The notes: a model not told the origin generated them from the sequence alone. A stretch of DNA of 64,000 nt from Candidatus Harrisonbacteria bacterium (GCA_016214655.1 JACROC010000005.1:131078-195077), one strand, 5' to 3'; shown: positions 38,427 through 47,139, counted from the first letter of the stretch. Numbers and translations are program-made.

Positions 38427-39165
38427 TCACATTCACAGTCACCTCTTGACTGCCCGATTCAATACTCGGGGCCTTGGCTGCCGCAAAAGCGCCTCCGCGG
38501 CCAAATGTCTCATAAACAGGTATTGGGGGCGGATACCCGCCGGCAGACTCGGAAAAAGTCACTACCCGGCCTATCCGGACCCGATTTTGTTTTGCCATCT
38601 CTTTAGCTTTGATAGATGCTTTTTCAAAAGCTTCTTCCCTGGCTACTTTCAGATATTTATCCGGCTCATCAATATTAAAGTTCAGCGATCCAATCTGGTT
38701 AATACCCAATTCCGGCAAGGAGCCTAAAATTTTACCAATTTTAGAAAAATTGCGTATCTTCACCAAAACGGTTTGCGTTAAAGTATAGCCGCTGATAAAA
38801 GTTTTCTTCGCCTTTTCATCATATTCATAACGCGGAAACAAATTATATCCGACAGTCTTTACATCTTTATCCGCAACGCCTTGTTCTTTTATAAATTGAA
38901 TTGTGGTATTCATTGTTTTATTATTCTCATCCGCAATTTTCTCAGGATCTGCTCCCTCGCTTACTACCGAAAATGTAAAAGTTGTTACATCCGGAGAAAC
39001 CGTGGTTTTACCTTCCGCGCTGACTATTAAAGTCCGTGACGGATATAAAGATCCCTGATATTTATAAAGCGTTTTCAAAGAAGACAGCCCTAATAAAATT
39101 AATACTAATAAAGACGCGTTGACCAACCACCAAAACCAATTTTTTAATTTCTCTGGATTAAACAT
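38404..39165 (-). CDS. SIMPL/DUF541-domain secreted protein.
   Basis: N-terminal anchor and an alternating beta pattern resembling SIMPL-family proteins. Confidence 0.4.
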   Translation of the reverse strand: MFNPEKLKNWFWWLVNASLLVLILLGLSSLKTLYKYQGSLYPSRTLIVSAEGKTTVSPDVTTFTFSVVSEGADPEKIADENNKTMNTTIQFIKEQGVADKDVKTVGYNLFPRYEYDEKAKKTFISGYTLTQTVLVKIRNFSKIGKILGSLPELGINQIGSLNFNIDEPDKYLKVAREEAFEKASIKAKEMAKQNRVRIGRVVTFSESAGGYPPPIPVYETFGRGGAFAAAKAPSIESGSQEVTVNVSVTYEIR

Positions 39166-39877
39166 AAGAAATCATTTTTTTTACTTCTTCTTTTTTCAGA
39201 CTGGCGCCGCCGACAAGGGCGCCGTCCACCTCCTTATATTTTAAGTAGTCTCTTAGATTTCGGGAATCAACTGAACCGCCGTACAATATTTTAGGGTTTA
39301 GGGTATAGGGTTTAGCGTTCAGGATCTTTCTGATATATTTTATAGTTTCTAATGCTGATTCTGGGGTTTCGGGATTGCCAGTGCCGATTGCCCAAACAGG
39401 TTCATAAGCTACGATAAAAGGGTTTAGGGTATAGGGTCTAGGGTATAGAAAGAGGCCAATTTTTAATTGGCGCTCGATTACTGCTTCTTTTTTGCCAGCA
39501 TTTTTTTCTTCAATAGTTTCGCCAACGCAAAGAACCGGGATCAGTTTATTCTCGGCGGCGGCTTTCATTTTTTTAGCTACCATTTCATCTGTTTCATCAA
39601 ACTTATGCCGGCGCTCTGAATGGCCAATGATAACGTATTTCACCCTAACGCTTTTAAGTTCTTTTGCTGAAACTTCTCCGGTAAAAGCGCCTTTTTCTTC
39701 GTAAAAAAGATCTTGGGCTCCCAGCCGAGATTTTTTTAAAACTTTTCCTACTTCTTCCAAAAAAGGAAATGGCGGCGCCACTACGACATTTTTATAATCA
39801 CTGGCTTTTGCCAAAGAAAGCGCCTCTTTGAGAGTGGCTGGATTCATTTTCCAGTTTAAAATCAGCAGCTTTGTCAT
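39158..39877 (-). CDS. tpiA: Triosephosphate isomerase.
   Basis: VIIGHSERR and AYEPVWAIGTG signatures, plus YGGSV. Confidence 0.9.
   Translation of the reverse strand: MTKLLILNWKMNPATLKEALSLAKASDYKNVVVAPPFPFLEEVGKVLKKSRLGAQDLFYEEKGAFTGEVSAKELKSVRVKYVIIGHSERRHKFDETDEMVAKKMKAAAENKLIPVLCVGETIEEKNAGKKEAVIERQLKIGLFLYPRPYTLNPFIVAYEPVWAIGTGNPETPESALETIKYIRKILNAKPYTLNPKILYGGSVDSRNLRDYLKYKEVDGALVGGASLKKEEVKKMISYV
39291..39314. repeat. G-tract repeat copy 1 (TAGGGTTTAGGGTATAGGGTTTAG) inside tpiA. It contains the 18-nt core that encodes PYTLNP on the minus strand.
   Basis: The identical 18-mer also occurs at 39426-39443. Confidence 0.6.
39422..39451. repeat. G-tract repeat copy 2 (GGGTTTAGGGTATAGGGTCTAGGGTATAG) inside tpiA, a canonical G3-N4-G3-N4-G3-N4-G3 motif on the plus (template) strand.
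   Basis: Four GGG runs with 4-nt spacers. Shares AGGGTATAGGGT with the rpsD-rpoA intergenic repeat. Confidence 0.6.
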
Positions 39878-39926
39878 TGCCTAAATTATATAATTTTATC
39901 TATAAAAAGGGAAAGTTAAAAAATAT

Positions 39927-41001
39927 TTAATTTCGTAAAGAAAACCAAACCTCATTTAAAAGTCTCTCGCGTAACTCATAAGTGTTAGCATGAGACAAAG
40001 CGCCAAGATAAGATTGTAATGATTGTTCAAGTGTTATTTTAGTAATATATCCTAGGTTATATTCTTTGATGCGTTTCCGTATTTTTGTAAATATGCGATG
40101 TTTTGTCTTGATTCGTATCAACCGATACTTTGGAAATATCACATGGCCAAGAAAATCAATGCCTTGATGTAACTTACGAATTATGATTTTCTTTGGATGT
40201 AGCTCCAAAGCAAGTTTCGTCTCAAGAAACTCATTGATCTGCGGCAAAAATTTTTCTAAATAATCCTGATTTTTCGAAACAATAACAAAATCATCGGTAT
40301 AGCGAATATAGTATTTTACTTTTAACCTATGTTTCATAAACTGATCAAATTCGTTCATATAGATATTGGCGAAAAGCTGCGAAGTCAAATTCCCTATCGG
40401 AATACCTTGCGCGGCGATTCTACTCTCTCTCTCTCTCTCTCTCTCGGGCAAACGTCACGCTTTTATAACTTTCAATAATAGATTCCAGAAGCCAAATGGT
40501 GTCACTATCTTTGATACGCTTTTTGATGATGGAAAGCAGGGTTACGTGATCAACGCTGTCAAAAAACTTCCTAATATCGCATTTCAATATAAAGCAAGGA
40601 TTGGCGCCATTCTTACTGACCTTTCTCACTGCTCTTTCCAAAGCTTCCACGCCTCTATGAGTTCCGTAACCGATGCGACAGGAAAACGAGGTAGAAATAA
40701 AGGTCGATTCAAAAATCGGATTGATAATCGAGAAAATAGCATGGTGCAGAACACGATCCCGAACTACCGCTTTATGAATGTGCCGTTGTTTCGGATCCTG
40801 TATATAAAAACCGGTATATGGACCGTGTTGGTAAGTTTTATTTTTCAATTCTCGTTGAAGCTGAAAAATATTTTCCTCCAGATTCCATTCAAACCGAAGC
40901 GCATCAGATTTTTTCCGCTTATCGATTTTAAAAGCCTCCCAGGCTGAAAAAAGATTCTCCGATGAAATAATTTTTGTAAACAGATTTTTATAAATTTTCA
41001 T
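39927..41001 (-). CDS. DGR-type reverse transcriptase in two ORFs: 40420-41001 (RT motifs 1-3) and 39927-40451 (motifs 4-7). The break is a frameshift inside an (AG)11 tract. One extra AG unit, or two fewer, restores a single frame.
   Basis: YACRIGYGTH, LKCDIRKFFDSVDH, the GIPIGNLTSQ hallmark of DGR RTs, and YTDDFV (YxDD). The N-terminal ORF ends ...FARERERERE* and the second ORF begins (M)PERERERESRIAAQGIPIGNLTSQ. Confidence 0.85.
40423..40445. repeat. Perfect dinucleotide microsatellite (CT)11C on the plus strand, which is (AG)11 in the RT sense. It is the site of the RT frameshift.
   Basis: Read directly; this is the only long dinucleotide tract seen in the window. Confidence 0.9.
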
Positions 41002-41015
41002 AAATAATTACCACT

Positions 41016-41366
41016 ATGGATGACTTCGATATACCAATCTTTAAAAAATCATATGAGCTCTATAAGACCTTTTACGGATATCGGCTCATGGTCTCCAAAC
41101 AAGATCGCTATACCCTGTGGCAGCGCTGTGAAAATACTATTTTGGATCTCTTGGAAAACATCTTATTGGCCAGCCAATTATCCAAAGAAGCTAAATTGCC
41201 GGCATTGGAAAAATCCAGCCTGAAATTGAATCTCCTTCGGATTCTCCTCAGGCTTTCCAAAGAAACCAAGGCAATCGACAATAAAAAATATCTTTACTTG
41301 GAAGAAATAATAGATGAAATAGGCAGGATGCTCGGCGGCTGGATCAAATCCACCAAAGATCGCTAA
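41016..41366 (+). CDS. avd: Accessory variability determinant (Avd), a four-helix-bundle DGR component.
   Basis: C-terminal EEIIDEIGRMLGGWIKSTKDR closely parallels Bordetella phage bAvd (...AEVGRILGSWIARVNRK). Size is 116 aa. Confidence 0.8.
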   Translation: MDDFDIPIFKKSYELYKTFYGYRLMVSKQDRYTLWQRCENTILDLLENILLASQLSKEAKLPALEKSSLKLNLLRILLRLSKETKAIDNKKYLYLEEIIDEIGRMLGGWIKSTKDR

Positions 41367-41416
41367 ACAAAACGCTCTCCAATTATTGGAGAGCGTTTTT
41401 AGCGATGGGAGAAATG

Positions 41417-41535
41417 ACTTCCGAGAGGCACCGAGACCAATGTTGTTCCACCTGTTGTCATCCCAGTTGTTGTTGACGTTCAGGCCATTGCCGTCGAAGT
41501 TGCCCACATTGACGCGGTTGCCGTCCGACGTGACA
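41417..41535 (-). other. DGR template repeat (TR).
   Basis: 118-bp match to the 3' end of the target gene (41952-42070) with 22 mismatches, 21 of them at adenines of the TR sense strand. The TR sense translation is Asn-rich (NRVNVGNFDGNGLNVNNNWDDNRWNN). Confidence 0.85.
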
Positions 41536-41820
41536 AATTTGCTCGCCCCCGTCTTTGGCACTGAAAGTCGAGGTTTGCTGTCGCCTAAGGCGACTTATAT
41601 CCTCTTCTTTCTGAATTTTATTTAGGAGCACTCCGATGTTCATCGGAGACCTCCGCTAGAAGCAAGCAAGAAGTTCTGTTCTCCATCTTTATTCACACGC
41701 TATCGCACTCCGTAGAGATGCGACACTCTGGTGACGTCTCAAAGATGAGACATCTTGCGGGATTAAACCGTGGCCTAATCTACATTAGCAAGATATTTAT
41801 ATTGTAATAAATTTGTAGAA

Positions 41821-41860
41821 ATAAAAAAAGAAGCCCCCGGCGCAAAAATCGCGCCGGAGG
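41821..41860 (-). terminator. Rho-independent terminator downstream of the DGR target gene (CCGGCGC-GATTTTTG-GCGCCGG, then a T-run).
   Basis: Hairpin and U-tract on the minus strand. Confidence 0.5.
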
Positions 41861-41946
41861 CTCAAGAGTTCAAGAGAGACAATCCCTCCAGAACTCAAAC
41901 TTCATCCTTCGACTTCGCTCAAGATGACCCTGAGCTTGTCGAAGGG

Positions 41947-42774
41947 TCAGAACTTCCGAGAGGCACCGAGACCAAGGGAGCCCCCCCTGCCGTCATCCCA
42001 GCCGCGGAAGACGAACAGGCCATCGCCGTCGAAGAAGCCCACAACGACGCGGTAGCCGTCCGACGTGACATCCGTGGTTCGCGCATACCTCGTCGGGTTC
42101 AGATAGATGCCGTTTTTCCGGTAATAGAGAATGTCCTTGAGGACTTCCTCTACTGCGGTCGGCACCTCGTACCCTTGAGGCAGCATAGCCACTTGGTCCT
42201 GGTAGGTCTTAGACTCGGAGTTCGGAACGATCTCCAGAGGCATCAGATACCACCGGAACTTCGCGGTCAGCTTGGTTGCCCAGGTTTGCTGAGAATACCA
42301 CGAACTGGGCGCGTAGCTTGCGAACTTTGGCTGGCCGTTTTGCGGATGCAGCTCCTGCAAGTGGAGGATGGTGAGCGGTTTCCCGTTCACGTTCTCGAGC
42401 CCCAGAAACGCGAAGTGCGTTTCTTTGACTGTCTTGCCTTTGACGAGCGGGCAAGGGGCGTTGAGAACATCCTCTCCCCACGGGAACTCAGCCACTTCTC
42501 GGAGCTGCTTCTTGGTGAACTTCACGCTGTACAGCGCGGTCCACTCTTCCACTCCGAAGAAGTTCTTGCCCTGAATGGCGCGAACCACCTGGTGATTCGC
42601 CGAACCCGACGCTTTGCCGCGAAGCATGAACTCGGCTACGCGTTTCGCGTAATCCGGCTCAGCCCGCAAGCGAGCGAGGTGCTCGGTTGAGACTCCGTGA
42701 TCCTGGAGCGCTTTCAAGGTCGCTCCGACTTCTCCGTAACTGGCTTTCCAGAGACCGCCTGGGTTTGTGCTCAT
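41947..42774 (-). CDS. DGR target (variable) protein with a C-terminal variable region (...YRVVVGFFDGDGLFVFRGWDDGRGGSLGLGASRKF).
   Basis: The C-terminal 40 codons correspond to TR-encoded Asn positions. RBS AGGAGGTAA. The GC-rich 3' end (GGTCTCGGTGCCTCTCGGAAG) is IMH-like, and an 8-bp inverted repeat (41906-13 / 41938-45) abuts the stop. Confidence 0.8.
   Translation of the reverse strand: MSTNPGGLWKASYGEVGATLKALQDHGVSTEHLARLRAEPDYAKRVAEFMLRGKASGSANHQVVRAIQGKNFFGVEEWTALYSVKFTKKQLREVAEFPWGEDVLNAPCPLVKGKTVKETHFAFLGLENVNGKPLTILHLQELHPQNGQPKFASYAPSSWYSQQTWATKLTAKFRWYLMPLEIVPNSESKTYQDQVAMLPQGYEVPTAVEEVLKDILYYRKNGIYLNPTRYARTTDVTSDGYRVVVGFFDGDGLFVFRGWDDGRGGSLGLGASRKF
41952..42070 (-). other. DGR variable repeat (VR) at the 3' end of the target CDS.
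   Basis: See TR above. All but one difference map to TR adenines. Confidence 0.85.
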
Positions 42775-42854
42775 GACACTTACCTCCTTTGTTTTCCGTC
42801 TTTCTCTCTTTGTCTTTTGGAGACTTTAGAGAGTTTGCCCTGTCCGGGGCACGG

Positions 42855-42990
42855 CCTCATCTCGGTAATGAGACGAGTATTTTAAAAACCAATTTTTGAT
42901 TTCCAAAATACTCGTCTCATATGTTTCAGTTTCAAGGTACATCAATCCCGCACTTTGCGAGAATTAAAACAAAGATAGCATATTTAGTGC
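42855..42990 (-). promoter_or_regulatory. Promoter (TTGACA-N18-TATCTT) and structured 5' leader of the DGR target gene. Holds a 16-bp perfect inverted repeat (42868-83 / 42905-20) with an alternative 8-bp pairing.
   Basis: About 60 nt of the leader is shared with the upstream region of the gene at 55158-55759. Confidence 0.4.
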
Positions 42991-43634
42991 TATTTTGTCA
43001 ACCTCTCAGTCAAAAATTTCTTCTTCACTAAACCCCAAATCCTCTGTCGTTCATCCTTCTCCCGCCAGATATGTACCAAACTCGGCAAAATAGACAAGAA
43101 AATTATAAGCAGTATTATCGGCAATAAATATTGGTCAATGCCGGGAATCGTACTGCCAAGATAATATCCGAGTAACGGCAAACCCGCCCCCCAGAGTAAT
43201 CCGCCAATCAAGTTATATACAAAAAAAGTCGGGTAATGCATTTCCCCTACTCCGGCAAGAATCGGCGCAAAAGTCCTAATGCCAGGCATAAAACGCGCAA
43301 GAACAATTGCTTTTTTACCGTATTTTTCATAAAAAATCCGCGCCTTTTCTAAATGATCTTTATGAAACAAAATTGATTCTTCCCGGCTAAAAATCATCGG
43401 ACCGACTTTTTGACCGAAAGCGTAGCCGACGTTATCTCCCAAAACCGCACCAATAAAAACTAAAAGCGAAAGTGCCCAGATATTCAAGAATCCTTGCGAG
43501 GCTAAAAATCCGGCGGTAAAAAGCAAACTGTCTCCGGGCAAAAAAAATCCGATAAAAAAACCGGATTCGGCAAAGACAATGCCGAATACTCCAAGATAAC
43601 CGGCGGTTTTAATTAGAGATATTAAATCAAACAT
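42990..43634 (-). CDS. dedA: DedA/TVP38-family membrane protein.
   Basis: FFLPGDSLLFTAGFLASQG DedA signature. Confidence 0.75.
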   Translation of the reverse strand: MFDLISLIKTAGYLGVFGIVFAESGFFIGFFLPGDSLLFTAGFLASQGFLNIWALSLLVFIGAVLGDNVGYAFGQKVGPMIFSREESILFHKDHLEKARIFYEKYGKKAIVLARFMPGIRTFAPILAGVGEMHYPTFFVYNLIGGLLWGAGLPLLGYYLGSTIPGIDQYLLPIILLIIFLSILPSLVHIWREKDERQRIWGLVKKKFLTERLTK

Positions 43635-43638
43635 TCAA

Positions 43639-44634
43639 TTATTTCCTTAATAAATCGGCTGCTTCATCCGGATCCACGACATTAATAGTCACTCCGGTGC
43701 CAAGCTCAAATCCCGCTCGAATGGTCACCTTAGGAATCACTTCCAAATGCCAATGGTAATGGTTATATTTTTCTTTATCCCTGATTGGCGCAGTATGAAT
43801 AAAAAAATTATAATCTGGATCTTTCAAATTCTTTTTCATCTTTTTTAGAGACTTTTGCAATGCCTCAACCACATAATCCAAATCAACATCCAGGGTATTT
43901 TCAAAATACGGCAAATGTTTCTTGGGAAAGACCCGGAACTCAAACGGCTCCTTAGAAACAAACGGCACGAAAACCGCCGCTCCCTCATTTTGATAGATAA
44001 CCCGCTTACGATGCCTTAATTCCCAATCCATCATCACGCAATGAACGCATTGTTTATTTTCCCCAAAATACCTGCCGGAACCGTTTAAAGAGTGTTGGAC
44101 ATCCGGAGGCACTACCGGGATAGCGACAATCTGATAATGAGGGTGATAAACCGATGCGCCTGCCTTTAATCCCCAATTAAAGAAAATGGAAATATAAGCC
44201 ACGCAAGGATCATTAAGAAGCATCAAATAGCGGTCCCGAAAAGATTCAAACACCTGCTGGGCTTCATTTAAAGTCAAATCTGCCAAAGTTTTATCATGGG
44301 CTCTGGTTATCACCAGATCATGATGGCCGTCGGCTCCGCTAACCGAAAACGGGCCGTTTTTGGAAATAACCGAACAAACGTCCTGGTGCACAAAAGCCGG
44401 ATATTTATTCTCTATCACTTGGAGCTGCCAATCATTATTATTGCCGTAACTTAAAATCGGCCGCCCTTGGCCGGTCTTTTGTAAATCTTCAAACGGACAG
44501 TTTCTCTTAGGCGTCCCAATCCGAGGCTCAGTTTTTTTAATAATCGCATATGGACGCTTAGCCCGGCCAGGCGCAATTACAATCCAATCGCCGGAAACCA
44601 AATCCTGACGAAGTTGAGATTTCGATTTAGACAT
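43639..44634 (-). CDS. GalT-like HIT-superfamily nucleotidyltransferase (galactose-1-phosphate uridylyltransferase / ADP-glucose phosphorylase family).
   Basis: HPHYQ (HxHxQ) active-site motif and an N-terminal Cys/His cluster. Confidence 0.5.
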   Translation of the reverse strand: MSKSKSQLRQDLVSGDWIVIAPGRAKRPYAIIKKTEPRIGTPKRNCPFEDLQKTGQGRPILSYGNNNDWQLQVIENKYPAFVHQDVCSVISKNGPFSVSGADGHHDLVITRAHDKTLADLTLNEAQQVFESFRDRYLMLLNDPCVAYISIFFNWGLKAGASVYHPHYQIVAIPVVPPDVQHSLNGSGRYFGENKQCVHCVMMDWELRHRKRVIYQNEGAAVFVPFVSKEPFEFRVFPKKHLPYFENTLDVDLDYVVEALQKSLKKMKKNLKDPDYNFFIHTAPIRDKEKYNHYHWHLEVIPKVTIRAGFELGTGVTINVVDPDEAADLLRK

Positions 44635-44650
44635 AATATCCTCAAAAATC

Positions 44651-44896
44651 TTATTTGAGTCCCAATTTCGCTTCTACTCTTTTAAGTCTTCGCTCCAGCC
44701 CCTGAACCTCAAAACGAAAGGCGGCTTGGCTAACACGTAACTTGAGATCTTCTAATTCCATTTTGATAGCCGAAACTTCTTCGCGTAATAAAGCAATATC
44801 ATTTTCTACCTTATCAAATCTCCCAGACATTTCATCAAATCCTTTTTGTACCATTCTAGCCAATTTTTCAATTGTCATATCTTTTTTCTTAGCCAT
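44651..44896 (-). CDS. Small coiled-coil protein (hypothetical).
   Basis: 81-aa heptad-rich ORF. Confidence 0.3.
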   Translation of the reverse strand: MAKKKDMTIEKLARMVQKGFDEMSGRFDKVENDIALLREEVSAIKMELEDLKLRVSQAAFRFEVQGLERRLKRVEAKLGLK

Positions 44897-44986
44897 GCTG
44901 AAATTATATCATGACTAAACTTTAAAAACAAAAACCCGATCTATAAAAGCATCGGGCACCCAGTGAAACGCTGGGATTTTACATAT

Positions 44987-45208
44987 TTATCGAGCAATCT
45001 TCTGCTTAATACTTGAAACATCCAAATCAATACTGCTTATCTTTCGCTCAACATTGCTAAGCTTTTGTTCCGCACTGCAACTGGCCATCATAGTTATGAA
45101 AAGCCAAAATATGATCAGGCCATGACCCTTGTCAGACGCCTCCTTCTTAACCTGGCCAATATCATCGCGAATATTCTTTAATTCCCTCCGCAGTTCACTG
45201 TCGTCCAT
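44987..45208 (-). CDS. Small hypothetical protein with one TM helix.
   Basis: 73-aa ORF. Confidence 0.25.
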   Translation of the reverse strand: MDDSELRRELKNIRDDIGQVKKEASDKGHGLIIFWLFITMMASCSAEQKLSNVERKISSIDLDVSSIKQKIAR

Positions 45209-45257
45209 TGCTCCCCCTGGTTAAATTCAACCTAGGATGATAATAACATATGAATCC

Positions 45258-47132
45258 TTATTTTGTCAAGCGATTCCAGTAATACCAATTCAGAACATCT
45301 TTACCCACCGGAACTGCGTTCAAGCTCCCCTCTTTGGCATTTTCAATAAGAACTAAAATCGCGATCTGCGGATTATCTGCCGGCGCATAAGCAACAAAAA
45401 AAGCGTTTGTCCTGGTATTGTTGGCAACCTGGGAGCTGCCGGTCTTACCGGCAACGCTAATTGGAAGATCAGCAAGCAGGTGCGCGGTGCCGTATGGTTT
45501 ACGCACTGTATCTTTCATGCCCTCCCGCACCTCCTTCAGATAATTCCCTAAGTAAGAAAAATCCCTTGATAATTCCGGCTGAACTTCTCGCAAAACCATA
45601 TCTTCTTTTCCCTTTTCGCTTTTTACTATCTTCTTAATGATGTGCGGCTTAAAATACTTTCCCCCGTCTGCGAACGACGCAATATAAGCGATAAGCTGAA
45701 TCGGGGTCACCTGAAAATCTCCCTGGCCGATTGAAACGTTATAAGTATCGCCAAGCCGCCAAATATCTTTGGTGCGAATTTCTTTTTCTTCCGGATCAGG
45801 CAGAAAACCAACGCTCTCTGCGTCAAGATCAATGCCGGTTTTCTCTCCAAAACCGAACTTCTGCCAATATTCTTTTAATTTGTCAATGCCCAGACCTTTT
45901 ATACTTTCAGATCCCTGACCAGGCAGACCGCCGCCGACTTCATAAAAATACACATTACTGGAACGGGCGATCGCCGACCGTAAATCAACCCAGCCATGCG
46001 CCTTCCAATCAAGGAAACGGCCTGGCTGATCGGGAAAATAAGGATTGGGGATTTCTATAAAACCAGCAGAGTAAATTTGTTTTTGGGGAGTAATCACCTG
46101 CTCATTCAGCGCCGCCAGCGCCACCATCGGCTTTACAGTTGACCCAGGAGTGTACACGCCGGAAACCGCCCGGTTAAAAAGCGGCTCAAAAGATGCATTC
46201 AATAATGCGGCCCGCTTTTTACTTTCCTCAGTTCTAGTAAATACGTTATTATCAAAACTGGGCGCGTTTACCATAGCCAGAACTTCTCCGTTTTGCGGAT
46301 TAAGCGCAATTCCGACTCCCGCATTTCGGCCCAAAGAGCGCAAGGCTTCGCTCAAGCGATTATAAAAATATTCCTGCAAACCAGCGTCAATCGTCGTATA
46401 AACATGCGCGCCGTTTTTCGGCTCATCTAATAATTTTTCATCTAAAATATTTCCCCTCGCATCGCGATACATCAGCCGTACTCCATCTGACCCGGACAAA
46501 ACTTCATCGTAATATTTTTCCAGCCCTGCTTTGCCGCGCAGATCGTTAAATTTTGCGAGCCCGGTGTAGCCAAGCACATGCGAAAATGCCGGACCTTTAA
46601 TATAATTCCTCCGGTAATCATCCTGTATTTCCAGAGCTTTAACTTTAATCTTTTTAATTGCCTCCACTTGTTCACTGGATAAATTGCGTCCCAAAGTTAT
46701 CAAACCGCTTTTTTCCAAATCAGCTTTAGTAACGGCAGATAAAAGCTCGGCTTTATCTATTTCTAAAACCTCAGACAGATCTTCAAGAACCGTATCTAAA
46801 TCAAAGCTATCCCTTTTTGCCAAGCCCACATTTAACACGACCCGATAAGAAGATTCGTTCCCAGCTAACAATTCACCAAACCGATCATGAATAGATCCGC
46901 GAATTGCAGGGATGGTAATCGGATCTTCTACGTTCATATCTGCACGAGTTTTATAAAAATCCCCTCTTTCTCCTGCTAAATAGAAAACCCGCAACAAAAC
47001 AATACCGCTAAGAACAACTGCAGTAACACCCAAAAGCTGAAAAGTTTGCCTGGAAAGAGGCAACTCCAAAACTTCATAATGTTTCGTATTGCTTTCTATT
47101 ATGGCATGCTCTAAATCAAATTCGTCTCGCAT
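45258..47132 (-). CDS. mrdA: Penicillin-binding protein 2 / FtsI-type transpeptidase.
   Basis: STVKP (SxxK), SSN-like SNVY and AGKTGSS (KTG) motifs, plus an N-terminal TM helix. Confidence 0.85.
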   Translation of the reverse strand: MRDEFDLEHAIIESNTKHYEVLELPLSRQTFQLLGVTAVVLSGIVLLRVFYLAGERGDFYKTRADMNVEDPITIPAIRGSIHDRFGELLAGNESSYRVVLNVGLAKRDSFDLDTVLEDLSEVLEIDKAELLSAVTKADLEKSGLITLGRNLSSEQVEAIKKIKVKALEIQDDYRRNYIKGPAFSHVLGYTGLAKFNDLRGKAGLEKYYDEVLSGSDGVRLMYRDARGNILDEKLLDEPKNGAHVYTTIDAGLQEYFYNRLSEALRSLGRNAGVGIALNPQNGEVLAMVNAPSFDNNVFTRTEESKKRAALLNASFEPLFNRAVSGVYTPGSTVKPMVALAALNEQVITPQKQIYSAGFIEIPNPYFPDQPGRFLDWKAHGWVDLRSAIARSSNVYFYEVGGGLPGQGSESIKGLGIDKLKEYWQKFGFGEKTGIDLDAESVGFLPDPEEKEIRTKDIWRLGDTYNVSIGQGDFQVTPIQLIAYIASFADGGKYFKPHIIKKIVKSEKGKEDMVLREVQPELSRDFSYLGNYLKEVREGMKDTVRKPYGTAHLLADLPISVAGKTGSSQVANNTRTNAFFVAYAPADNPQIAILVLIENAKEGSLNAVPVGKDVLNWYYWNRLTK

Positions 47133-47139
47133 AATGTCG

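Noticed and set aside
41417-42070. The TR/VR pair interpreted as a CRISPR array or a generic direct repeat.
   Set aside because: There are only two copies. They are long (about 118 bp) and imperfect, with adenine-specific differences, and one copy is in coding sequence. Adjacent RT and Avd genes make DGR the consistent explanation.
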